Below are positions 14,065 to 26,068 of a stretch of 64,000 nt of DNA, one piece after another. Made by a program: the position numbers and the translations under genes. Position 1 is the first letter of the stretch. Each line of letters starts with the position of its first letter. The notes below the pieces were generated by a model that was given only the letters and a program-made list of their open reading frames with translations, was not told the origin of the DNA and did not search any database. The stretch is from Octopus vulgaris (Eukaryota). The DNA is taken from assembly GCA_951406725.2 (NCBI GenBank), contig OX597825.1, positions 33,542,001-33,606,000 on the forward strand. Direction: 5' to 3'.

Positions 14065-14114
<50 letters not shown>

Positions 14115-14126
14115 TATATGTACATA

Positions 14127-14420
14127 TCATCATCATCATTTAACGTCCGTTTTCCGTGCTAGCACGGGTCGGACAGTTCGACCGGGGTCTGGGAAGCCAG
14201 GAGGCTGCACCAGGCTCCAGTCTGATCTGGCAGTGTTTCTACAGCTGGATGCCCTTCCTAATGCCAACCACTCCGTGTGTGTTGTGGGTGCTTTTTACGT
14301 ACCACCAGCACAGGTGCCAGGGGAGGTTGGCAGCAGCCACGATCGGTTGGTGCTTTTTACATGCCACCAGCACAGAAGCCAGTCAAGGCAGCGCTGGCAT
14401 CGGCCATGTTCAGATGGTGA
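14127..14420 (-). mobile_element. RTE-tailed (GAT-tail) SINE-like element
   Basis: catcatcatcatttaacgtccgttttccgtgctagc...ctggatgcccttcctaatgccaacc, followed by about 60-bp internal units. Confidence 0.85.
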
Positions 14421-15928
14421 CTCACATGACAATATTCCACATAGTTCTTCATCAAATTTCACTCACAAGGCATTGATCACTCTTAGGCTATGGTAGAAGA
14501 CACTAACCCAAAGTGCTTCACAATGGGACCTGTATGGTTGCAAAATGAACTTCTTTAGCACACATTCATGTCTGTGCTAGTAATTGTGGAGGACAACTGC
14601 AGGCATGTTTCAGCTTTATTATGACCTCATTAGCAAATAGCTGGCTTCAATTGTACTTGTTGGGAATAGTAATGGGGAATCACAAACTATATTATACAGG
14701 ATTGATCATTTGTTGTCATAGGAAAATAGAATCCTTTCGAAGTGAAATAATGAAATGACAGCTTTCTCAGAAAATAAATATATATATAATACAACAGCTA
14801 AGTTAGTGTTAATGTATTCTAATCCGTGGAGTATTTAAAATCTAACTAGAAATAAAACAAAGGTTTCATTCCTGCGCTAAACACTCATATCTCGCTAAAT
14901 ATATTTTACAATAACTGCTATTAGTTTTGGTTGCCATTGTGTTAGATCTTTTAAATAGCTAACAATTTCCTTTGAATCATCAGTGAGAGAGTTCCTTAAT
15001 AAAAGAGACAAATATCCATTTAAAACTGCCTCTTTTACCACCACCACCAACACCACCACTACCACAGTCTTCATCACTGCAGCTGTTGCTGCTTCTGCCT
15101 GTGAATAATCTTCAGATATTTTGTGTCTTTCAAAGCTGACTTGTATAATTGCTCGTTTTTGTTGTATGTTAGAAAACTGAAACAAAAAGATAACAATCAA
15201 ACACACACACACACACACTCCTTCTCATAGATACACTCATGCGTACACATACATTCATTCATTCACTCATTCATGATCATATATGCACATCATACAGACA
15301 CATATATACACACTTGTTCACACTCACACACACATGCACACTCACGATTACACACACATACTTTAGCACAAATACTTGGTGAAAGCAAAGCAAAGATAAT
15401 TAACTAATTCTTCCTTCCTTCTGAGAATAATTAGAATGAATGTAGTACTTGAATAGTAGCCTGACAAGCAATTTTCTAATTTGCCTTTATTCATACATAC
15501 ATACATATATATATGTGTGTCTTTCAGGTAGTTTTATTATAGACTTAATTTTTTCTTTTATAAAAGACTAGTGGAAATACTTAAAACGGTTTTAGATAAA
15601 CAATTATAATAACTTTGATATAATAAACGCATTTGAATAATTTGAATAGGAAAAGGAAACTGAAAGAATTTTATGAGATCCCAAGACAATAGAAATTACA
15701 AAATATAATGCTAATCTGCTTGTTTAAGGTGGAGGTAAACTTCCTAATGAAGGTGGCGCTTCAGCATGGTCTTAGCTATGATGCTAACAATGGACCCTAT
15801 TCTATGATCGTTTCTCTCAACCTGCGTGAATGAACATCGAAAGCACTTTCAAATCTCTACCTGTTTGTGTCTACAACAAAAAAGGAAGGACACTTTGGAT
15901 AATGTACTCATAGATACACATAATTTAA

Positions 15929-16836
15929 CCCTTTAGCATTTAAACCGGCAATATCTAGTCCATATATTCTGCCAGTTTTATATTGAAACTGGCCAGATCC
16001 AGCCTCTCACACCTACCCTACAGTGTCATTCTAAAATCACATCATCAAAATCTCATATATATTTAGGTCGTGGGTAGCGATTTTCTTCACTACTTCAGGC
16101 AGTGACGACCCTGCCTGACACGAATCCTGGGCTCAGCTGGCTCCGGCTGACAGTACATAGTATGGGCCCCTATCCTGGGTTATGGGAAGGAGACAATCTT
16201 CAAAGAAATCCACAGTGGAGCCCTGTAGGCGGTTTAGTGTTTGTTTCGACACTCTTAGCAGCTCCTGCAACCAAGCTGGTGCCAAACGTAATGCTCTGCA
16301 CTCCTTTGCACTATGTCAGCAAGGTCGAGAGAGGAATCCTGACGATTGGGCCACCCAGGATTTTCTTTCATCTAGCCCAGGCCTGCACAAAACTGGAGAG
16401 GACATGAAATGTAAAAACCAGACTGGATAGTTTATGCCCAACTCCATTGTCTCCTCAGACAAAAGGATGCCACCAGCCTCGTCTGGCCCCCGTGCCAGTG
16501 GCACGTAAAAAGCACCATCCGATCGTGACCGTTTGCCGGCCTCATCTGGCACCTGTGCAGGTGGCACGTAAAAAGCACCCACTACACTCACGGAGTGGTT
16601 GGCGTTAGGAAGGGCATCCAGCTGTAGAAACACTGCCAGATCAGACTGGGCCTGGCGCAGCCTACTGGCTTCCCAGACCCCAGTTGAACTGTCCAACCCA
16701 TGCTAGCATGGAAAGCGGACGTTAAATGATGATGATGATGATGATGATATAAATAAATATAAAATTTATGACTACTTTTTAAAGAATTTGGATAAACAAG
16801 CATTATGTTTGATAAATTAATCTGAATGCTAAAGGG
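15929..16836 (-). mobile_element. TTAA piggyBac-like MITE with nested insertions (about 16062-16748)
   Basis: TTAA|ccctttagcattt ... aatgctaaaggg|CTAA; both halves align to 4257-4476 in reverse. Confidence 0.8.
16468..16748 (+). mobile_element. RTE-tailed (GAT-tail) SINE-like element
   Basis: ggcacgtaaaaagcacc units, ggttggcgttaggaagggcatccagc motif, acccatgctagcatggaaagcggacgttaaa(tga)n tail. Confidence 0.88.
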
Positions 16837-17184
16837 CTAAAGAATAAAAGCTGGGATGTTTGCAGTTTTAACAATCTTTAATCGAAAATCTGCTGGATAA
16901 AGCCTGGCCTAGGGTTAAACAGAAACATCAACAACAACCTGTTGGAAAAAGTGTCTTTTATCTTTTAATTGTTTCCGTCATTGGACTGCAGCCATGTTAG
17001 GGCACTGCTTTGAAGGGTTTTAACTCAAATAAATTGCCCCAGCTCTTCTATCTGTCTTTTTTGCCAAACCATTAAAATATGAAGGAATAAACCATCTGTT
17101 GTCAAGCTGTGGCAAGGAGTGGACAAACAAACACGTGGGCTCATGCACACGCACGCACACACACTCTCTCTCAATATATATATA

Positions 17185-17380
17185 TTGACTACCGTGTCTG
17201 ACCACTAAATCCACAAGTTTTTTATTCCCTCTCTGTTTATTTCCTCATGTTCCTTTCTGTTGAAGAGTGTAGGCTCGAAACGTAAAAGACTTTCTCACCT
17301 TCCCGAGTGTCAAACTAATACACCTGCTTGTTGTTTATACACCTGTCTTCATCTTTTGTTTTTCTATAAATTTCAACTAT
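17185..17380 (+). mobile_element. Penelope-like pseudo-LTR fragment with minimal hammerhead-like motif
   Basis: ctttctgttgaagagtgtaggctcgaaacgtaaaag at 17253-17288; TA-run flanks; related copy at 43985-44181. Confidence 0.6.
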
Positions 17381-18521
17381 GTAGCATATGTATATATATA
17401 TATATGCCATAGAATCTCCTAAACCTAAAAATACTTAATTATTACCCTAGCATAGACTACCACACACTAGGCTTCTACACAGTTTCCTTCTACCAAATTC
17501 ACCCACAGGGTATTGGTCAGCCCAAGGCTATGGTAGAAGATACTTGCTCAAGGTGCTGTACAGTAGGACTGAACTCAAAACCATGAGGTTGTAAAGTGAG
17601 TTTCTTGACCACACAGCAACGCCTATTGCAATTCTCACACTGAATATAAGTATCTCATTCCATGAATACTTGTTTATACCTAGGTCAGCCTTAATTGCTC
17701 ACACCTATGATGAAAGGCATTCCAGCCTGTCTTTTTATATATAACAGAGACTTCATAGTTCAGTGTGTCTTGCTTTTCTTTTTTAGAGATGATAGGCTGT
17801 GGTTTGTGGGAAATCTAGTTGCTATTTCTTGCAGGTTGGCTCACATTCCATGAGATAGATACAGTAGGTTGTAGAAACCAAGCAAAGTATCAGACAGAGA
17901 GAAAGACAATTCAGTAAAGAAAATTTCTTCTCACCTTTTCTTCTCTTTATCTCTCCTGTTGCCTCTGTCTTTCTCTGTGTCCCATGCTAGCTCTATACCT
18001 CTCTCTATTTCTCCCTAACAATCTATCTCATTGCTTTTCCTCTATCTCTCTCTTTCTAACACTCTATCTCACTGATTTTCTTGTCTGAAAACAAAATTAG
18101 ATTTTGATCATAACACAGGTTGTTAGCTTTGGGATTTTGTCTTTGTTATATTTTATATAGATTATTGGTGAGAGTCCACTCTCAGCGTTGTAAAGGAACC
18201 TCTCGCTGTAAATGCAGATTAAACATCAGCAATTAGATTGTTTCTAATTTTATTTTAAACTAATTAAGAAACTAATTTTGAAATACGACTTAAAATGTGA
18301 TGGAAACAGTAACTTTATTTGATTAGTGATACCTGGGTTTTACAATAAATTATAGATGAAGTGGTGGGAGTATGGGAGGCGTGGGGACTAAAATGATGTC
18401 CCCCAGGATCATTGTTACAGTGAAAGAGGAACCCAGATCCAAGAAGAGAACCTATATATGATTGTTCAATGTGCTAGAAACGGCAGCCAAAGTACCTTCA
18501 AATCATACCCTATCATTTTAA

Positions 18522-18790
18522 CCCTTTAACATCATTACTGGAATAACCATAAAATTTAATTTTGTAGTGAAATATCTGTCAAAAAATTGATTTGCTGTTT
18601 TCTTCAAGTTGCATTGCCTCAGTAAACTTGACATATCTTGACAAAAACATAATTTCAAACTTAACATTCCTCAACAAAAGATACATAGGTGTATATAAGT
18701 GCTTTCCAATGTTAAAGGTACTGAATTTAAGGTGGATATAACTGCTTTCCATAATAAAAATATTAGAAAACAACACATTTGATAGTGTAG
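18522..18790 (+). mobile_element. TTAA-started DNA element fragment
   Basis: Starts at ttaaccctt; homologous to about 59330-59449 plus 60248-60390; interrupts a family-C repeat. Confidence 0.55.
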
Positions 18791-19587
18791 TGTAGAGTAC
18801 ACTATTATGTCTGAGCAAAAAGATGGGACAAACATGGCTGGATTGGTGAAATCAGGGTGACCTGGGGCAAAACAGTCATAATAATAATTCTCTACTAACT
18901 TCAGTAGTGTATCATCCTCTCTTTGATTGTCCATCTATCTAACATGGTACTTTCCGCTATATTTGTATTTCATGGAAATATTGACAGATCATTTAATTAG
19001 CTGAATACTGAGTAGAAATGTTCACATGTGTGACTGTCCATGTACAAATTGTATATTGTTTCATGTATATTTTATGTGTAATATATTTTATTATTTATTA
19101 AATAATAATGAAGGACATTTTATTCCATTAATCCCTCTCCAAACAGTCTGTTTAAAGTAATTAACTATAATACTGAATATCATTAACACCTGTGGATTTT
19201 CCATGGGAACACTTTAGTTTTATAGTAAATAACTGTCTACAGAGAATGAACAAATATAAATTCTTTATTAAAGAATTATTAATTGGATTATAAAAAATAG
19301 TTTCAGTTTGATTTACCGAAGGCACAGATGTTAAGTTTATATAAAAAAGGAGCAAAACAATCTAGTTTTCTAGTTTTAATTTAGTGATTATAGAAATACA
19401 GTAACCATTGAGTTGATCCAGCCTTTGAATTATTTTTGTTGTTTTTATTAAAGAAGAATTTATATTTGCTGAAAAACTTGAGATAATCTGGAGATGAAGA
19501 AAAATAGGGACAAGAGCTTGCACCTCTTGCTGTGTTTCTACAGCCTTCTTAGGTTATGCATTTTGACTGACTGATTGTGTGCATAAC

Positions 19588-19909
19588 TTCTTCTTCTTTA
19601 TGCCTTTAACCCTCCAACGCGGAGTATAGGCCACTTATATTTGAATTCCATGTCGCATAATTTTTCACTTCTGTACTTATACTCTGCCATGAATGTCCCC
19701 CTTTCTCTAGTTCCTTTTGTGTGATCTCCACCACGAGTTCTTAGGCCTACCTCTCCTTTTATATCCATCCGGTTTCCACTGTAAAGCACTTTTCGCTACA
19801 TTTGGTGTGTCTTTTCTAATTGTGCTACCAATCCACTTCCACTTTTTCTTAAATATTTGCTCCCTGATCGAAACCTGACAATCGTTATGTGCTATGCCCC
19901 AACAAATGA
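19588..19909 (-). mobile_element. 5'-truncated RTE-clade LINE with (GAA)n tail, 12-bp TSD and inverted 5' piece
   Basis: Minus strand reads IREQIFKKKWKWIGSTIRKDTPNVAKSALQWKPDGYKRRGRPKNSWWR, an RTE ORF C-terminus; TSD tgtgtgcataac at 19576-19587 and 19910-19921. Confidence 0.9.
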
Positions 19910-20384
19910 TGTGTGCATAACACTAAGTATATATTGCTTGAATATCATAAAAATATATCATGATATTACTTGGATATGATAAAACTCACTATCATCCGTT
20001 TTATATCTGTTTTCCCATGCTTGCATGAATTGGATGGGTTTTCTCCACAGCAATGTCTCCACTTGTTTCATTCTTATTCTTTTGTCATCTTTTATGAGAT
20101 CTCTGAAATCAACTTTCACCACCTCTGCCAGCAATGCATTTTATTTTCTATTTTTACAGATATTATGCAATATTAAAACAAGGAGAGAGTGGGGGGGACT
20201 ATATTTGTCTGTCTATCTAAATATCTATCTATCCACACACACACACATGGACTATTTTTAGTTTTCATCTACGAAATCCACTCACAATGTTGGACCAGTT
20301 TTAATAAAAGACCCATCCCCAAATTATCACTCAATGGAACTGAACTTGCAACCAAGTGGTTGAAAACCAAACTTATTAACTACA

Positions 20385-20737
20385 CCCATGCTTGCATCTT
20401 CCTTGGCCTCTTTCTTTTTCAGTTAGCTATCATTTGGCTATCCTGGTACTCCTTAACCCCATCACCCATATGCGTTATATATCTGTTTTAGCATGGCATA
20501 CTCCCTTGTACACTACATCTGATTCCACTTCCATAATTTTCCTCTCAGTTCATTTGATTTTTTGTTTCCTTTTATCAGTCATGCACTCTAATATTGCACA
20601 TCTAGCAAAGCATGCATTGTTTCAGTTCTTAATCACTCTCTCTGTATTCAATGCCCATGTTTCACTGTCATGCAGCACTGCACTTTGTACACAAGCATCA
20701 TACAATCAATCCTTCACTTGAAGAGAGAAACCCTTTT
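20385..20737 (-). mobile_element. Decayed RTE LINE fragment (post-RT region)
   Basis: Minus strand KGFSLQVKD*LYDACVQSAVLHDSETWALNTE resembles the RTE motif K.RLY.ACV...LHGSETW; stops and frameshifts present. Confidence 0.8.
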
Positions 20738-21119
20738 GAACTTTGTATCCTGTTCCTATTGAGGGTACCTACATCCACTAGTGGGTGACAAAAGCTATAG
20801 ACTATTTCTGTTAAACCCTCTGAGTAATTGAATTTATTACATGGGTACTCTTACTGCTTACTATTTTGTGCATCTGCCATATCTGAAGTCTTGTTTTACT
20901 GTCAACCTGCCTGTGGTGATCATTACTTGGATATAGTAAAAATATGGTAAATGTAGGTATAGGCATGGTCGTGTGGTTAAGAAGTTTGCTTCCCAAACAC
21001 TTGGTTTTAGGTTCAGTCCCACTGTATGATGCCTTGGATAAGTGTCGTTTACTGTAGCGACACCAAACCTTGTAAATGGATTTGGTAAATGGAAACTAAA
21101 AGTAGCCTGTTTGTATATT

Positions 21120-21428
21120 AGTGGTTAGGGGCATTCAGCTCATGATCGTAAGGTCGTGAGTTCAATTCCCGGCGGTGCGTTGTATCCTTGAGCAAGACAC
21201 TTTATTTCACATTACTCCAGTCCACTCAGCTGGCAAAAATAAGTAGTACCTGTATATCAAAGGGTCAGCCTTGTCACACTCTGTGCCACGCTGAATCTCC
21301 CCGAAAACTACATTAAGGGTACACGTGTTTGTGGATTGCTCAGCCACTTGTACGTTAATTTCACGAGCAAGCTGTTCCATTGATCGTATCAGCTGGGACC
21401 CTCGTCGTTGCAACCTACGGAGTGCTCC
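21120..21428 (+). mobile_element. tRNA-derived SINE, family D
   Basis: agtggttagg A box, gagttcaattccc B box, ccttgagcaagacactt CORE-like motif; second copy at 41422-41702. Confidence 0.8.
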
Positions 21429-22759
21429 TATATATAAAGAGAGAGAGAGATAAATGCAGGTAGGCTTGAGATGCATATATATATATACAGGGAGCACAAA
21501 ATAGAGATTATTGAATAAACAGAACAGGCTTAACATATTTCTTTTGTTCTGTGGGTTTTTTTTTCTTTATTCTGTAATCTGTATTTTGTGCTCCATGTAA
21601 GTCTACTCCTCAAACCTACTTGTGTTTATCTACTTTACTGCATCTGTAACAAGTTGATAAGGATTGTCCTTACAGCTAACTTTCGATGCAGAGGCTCCTG
21701 CCCTGGACGAAGAGGTGGAGTTTAAGTTCTCAGCCATATGAGCTCTACTCTATGTTGCTGATACTGGGCTCATTTTATTTTTTCCTACTCTCTCTATAAT
21801 ATGATGGTAATGTCTATGTGTGTGTGTGTGTGTGTTTATGTTTCCTTGATGTTGCGTAATAGTTGAATATAAATGATATTCTTCATTTCCAGTCTTCTGT
21901 AAAATCATCTCCAACCATGGACAAATATTTCCTTGTTTGGAAACAAGTAAGGGTTGATGATAGGAAGAGGCTCCAGACATAGAAAACCTGCCTCTATGAA
22001 TTATGTGTGACCCATGCAAGCATGGAAAAGTAGTTGTTGAAACAATGATAATGATGACAATATCTTGGTATTGTTTATATATATTAAACTTATGATACTG
22101 CTTAGTACTAAAATTCCTATCAGTTTGAGGCTGTTATTAAAAAATTGACCAGAGCCAAATAACTGTTCTTTGACACTAATTGTGTTGTTCTGGTTGCTGT
22201 CAAAACATATTTAGTATTAAAAGCAAACAATTAAAATTAAAACACTTAAAAAAAAAAGTAAAGGAAAAAGAAATAGTAGTTGTCATTTCAGTAGTTCATC
22301 CCACTAATTGTTCAATAAATTCAAATGCTTGCTAATTAAGCTGTTAGATGTTGGATAATTGAGATTAAAACATTGGACCTGTATAGAACAGGCTTTTTTA
22401 AAATTAATTTCTATGCTAATTGTGTTTTCTAACTTGAGCACAAAACCATTCATTTTGGTGAATGGATTATATTGAACCCGACTGCTTCATTGGTATTTAT
22501 TTTATTGACTCTGGGAAGGATGAAAGAAAAGTCGACTTCAGAGGTATTCAGATGAAGAATATAAAATAGCTCTAACTAAAGAATAGGAGCTATTTTGTCT
22601 GATTCTCAAAATATGCTTTGCCAACTTAATTTTTTTTATGTGTTATCATTCTTAATGCCCTAATGTATTTGCCACCATGCCCCTCTCACTATGTCCTCCC
22701 TTATGTACCTCTAGCTCTCTCTCCCCATCACTCTTCGCCTTGTTCATCATCCTCTACAT

Positions 22760-23017
22760 CAGTGGTTCTCAACCAGGGTCAATATAAGATTTTTGAGGGT
22801 TTACAAAAACAAAAAAAAAATAGTAAAATGGGGCCCCTTATTAAATTTTGCTTTAGATGTATGTACTGGTATGTATTGCAAGAAACAACTAGATTTCTTT
22901 CTCAAACATTTTACATAGTTCAATCTACAGAAATTAATCAATAACATTCTATAAAACTAGTTTTTAACCATTGAATGGCGATGGGGTTCATAAATAAAAA
23001 ATGGTTGAGAATCTCTG
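22760..23017. mobile_element. hAT (Charlie-like) MITE
   Basis: TIRs cagtggttctcaacc / ggttgagaatctctg; 8-bp TSD ctctacat / ctctactt (7 of 8 match). Confidence 0.88.
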
Positions 23018-23612
23018 CTCTACTTCTTGATCCATCATCCCTGGACCACTTCTAATACCACTTTTCTCCGTATTCATATTTCCCATCAAGCCTCACCTCC
23101 TTCCCTGTACATTACTTGTAACTCCCTTCCCATATTCCCTCCTTTCCACTCCTGATCCACACCCTATATCCTCTTTTTGCTCACCTCCTTGCATCTTGAG
23201 GGCATGCTCTGGCACACCATCACTACCATCTTATTCCCAGCTTCTTCCACCCACCCTTATATAATATAGTTTAGCCATGTAGCTTTTCTATAACAAGACA
23301 GCTGTGCTTGTCCTATCATACTTTAACTGCCAAACACTTTGCATAAAGCCACCTTCTCCCTCTCAAGTACTCCTTCCACTTAGTCAAGGGGTCTTTTTCC
23401 TTTCCTTGTTCTTTTCCTGGTGATGGTGCATGAAAAAAAGTTCCCTGTGTACACTAAAGTGGTTGGCATTAGAAAGGAGATCCAGCCATAGAAACCATAC
23501 CAAAGTAGACACTGGACTCAATGCAGCCACAGCATCCTGGATCCTGTCAAACCATCCAACCCATGTTAGTATGGGAAATGGATGTTTAATGATGATGATG
23601 ATTGTAGATGCA

Positions 23613-23960
23613 TGCATGGCCGAGTGGTTAAGAAGCTCACTTTGCAACCGCATAGTTTCAAGTTCAGTTCCACTGTATGGTACTTTGAGCACATGTATTC
23701 TTCTATAGTTCCATCTTGACCAGATGTGTCTGTCGTACATGTGTACGTCTCTTTTTTTCTTTGTGCTTGACTCCTCCAACTACCACCACTTGACGATTGG
23801 TGCTGGTTTGTTCGTGTCCCCATAACTTAGCAACTCAGCAAAAGAGACTAATAGAATAAATAGCGGACTTAAATACTGGAATTGATTTGTTTTCATGAAA
23901 CCAGTCATTGCAGTGCCCCAGCATGGTCGCAGTCCAATGACTGAAACAAATAAAAGATAA
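23613..23960 (+). mobile_element. tRNA-derived SINE, family A, diverged
   Basis: Head and tail colinear with family A; directly follows a GAT-tail element (about 23425-23602). Confidence 0.75.
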
Positions 23961-24492
23961 AAAAAACGATGACTGATGGGGCAGACAAAGGGTTCCAGTC
24001 TAACTTATTGCATTGAAATGACTTAGTGGTTTTTTAAAACATTGAATAGAAAATTGTTTTTGCTCTTTTGCAGTTTGCTCAAAATCTTCGTCAACAAACT
24101 ACTTCCTTCACACATAATTACATTTGTGAATTATTTGTCCATACTATGCCCGGTATTTTTGTCTGGTAACACCTGTTCAAAGTTGTGCTTATTCTAAGAT
24201 AGCTTATCTGGTTGCCTAAGCAGCTAATTACTTACCAACGTACATTATCTTGTACTAAAATCTTGTGTTTCTTTACCTGATTATGATTTCATACACATTC
24301 CTCTGGATTGATAAAAACCATTAGCTTATTGAATGAAATGCCTTGCAGTATTTCTTTTGGCCCTTTACCATCTGAGTTCAGATCAGCCTTCCATCCCTTG
24401 GGAGTGGGGGTTGATAAAATAATGTACCTGTCAAGTATTAGTACTGGAAATGTAATTGATTCCTGTCTTGAAGTTTTGTGGCTTTGTTTCTA

Positions 24493-24654
24493 GTGGCTGT
24501 GTGGTAAGTAGCTTGCTTACCAACCACATGGTTCCGGTTTCAATCCCACTGAATGGCACCTTGGGCAAGTGTTTTCCACTATAGCCTCGGGCCGACCAAA
24601 GCCTTGTGAGTGGATTTGGTTGATGGAAACTGAAAGAAGCCAGTCGTATATATG

Positions 24655-24695
<41 letters not shown>

Positions 24696-24858
24696 TTGTC
24701 CTCCCACCATCACTTGACAACCGATGTTGGTGTGTTCACATCCCTGTAACTTAGCGGTTCGGCAAAAGAGACCGATAGAATAAGTACTGGGGTTGATTTG
24801 TTCGACTAAAGGCTGTGCTCCAGCATGGCCGCAGTCAAATGACTGAAACAAATAGAAG
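24493..24858 (+). mobile_element. tRNA-derived SINE, family A
   Basis: Colinear with 8056-8450. Confidence 0.9.
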
Positions 24859-25820
24859 AAAAAAAAAACCTCCATCCCACTAAAATTTCTGGCCTTGTGC
24901 ATAACTCATTATTATCATCATCATCATTAGTAGTCATAGTAAGTTATTTTTGACAGTCTGGATTCAAATGCTATCTCAGTTGATTTTCCTTTTCATCTCT
25001 CCAGACTTGTTAAATTATCAATCAAGTACAGGGCTTTGATAGGGAAGAGTAGGAGGAGGAGGAAGTGGTGGTGGTATCTAACAAATATGATCATCATCAC
25101 ATTACAGTTTATCTTCCAATCAAACCCAGGAAACAATGTTTCCATTGCCTCTTTCAGTTGCTGATGCTATCACATTATCATCACCATTGTCATTTGACGT
25201 CCACTTTTCCATGGGTCAAACGGAATTGGTTGAGGTAAATTTTCTATGACCAGATCCTTTCTTGATCCTTTCTTCACCTCTTTCCAAGCAAAGTAATATT
25301 TTCTCATGGTCGCACATGCCCTTTACAGAAGACTGGAAATGGACAACCTCACTTGTATGATGATGATGATGATGATGATGCTTATGTACAACCATCACAT
25401 GATGATGTCAAGAAAAGGGTACACACAAAAACAAACAAATACTGGAAAACTAATTGATTGCTACCTGTTCTGAAATTTTGTGGTTTTGTGAAATCATTAT
25501 TTACTCTTCTTTTTTTAGTTAGTTTGCTGAAGTGTCGTTTCTTTTTTTTTTTTTTTTTTTGCATTTTCAGTACCACAGTCTTAGTAATAATGTTTCTATC
25601 TTTCAAAAAAAAAAATATTCCTTAGCTATAGGTAGGCTTTGTTGAATAAAAATAGTTTTCTTCAACTCATCAAAGAGTCTCTATGTGATTCTTCAATCTG
25701 CTAGAAATAGCAGCCAGATCTCCGTCAAATCCTACACTGCTGTCTTAGAAAAATAAGGATACACTGGATAATGTGGTCTGAGGAAAAAGACAGTGTGTTT
25801 TGTGGCTGGAATGTCCTTAA

Positions 25821-26068
25821 CCTTTTAGCATTCACATTATTCTATCAAAAGCAATGCTTGTTTTATTCAAATTCTTTTGAATTAATCATGAATTACTTTG
25901 TAGCAATGAGATTAAAATAACTATTAATTTTTAGAATATTTTGAATGATCTTGTATTAATTTTTAGAATGACATTGTAGGGCTGGTGTGAGAAGCCAGAT
26001 CTGGCCAGTTTGAACATAAAACAAGCAAAATATTTGACTGGATATGGCTTGTTTAAACACTTAAGGGT
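25821..26068 (+). mobile_element. TTAA piggyBac-like MITE inside a family-C repeat
   Basis: ttaa|ccttttagcatt ... aacacttaaggg|ttga; aligns with 4257-4476. Confidence 0.75.

Noticed and set aside
13680-14496. Recurrent ORFs such as FLQLDALPNANH and GHAGAPP
   Set aside because: Translations of SINE consensus sequence recurring at every copy; not host genes.
18671-18934. 87-aa ORF MDNQREDDTLLKLVENYYYDCFAPGHPDF
   Set aside because: Runs antisense through a family-C repeat tail and a DNA-element fragment; no recognisable domain.
21640-21750. Another hammerhead-like candidate (ctggacgaagag...ctctactc)
   Set aside because: A stem is present but neither a canonical CUGANGA nor a following GAAA box is.
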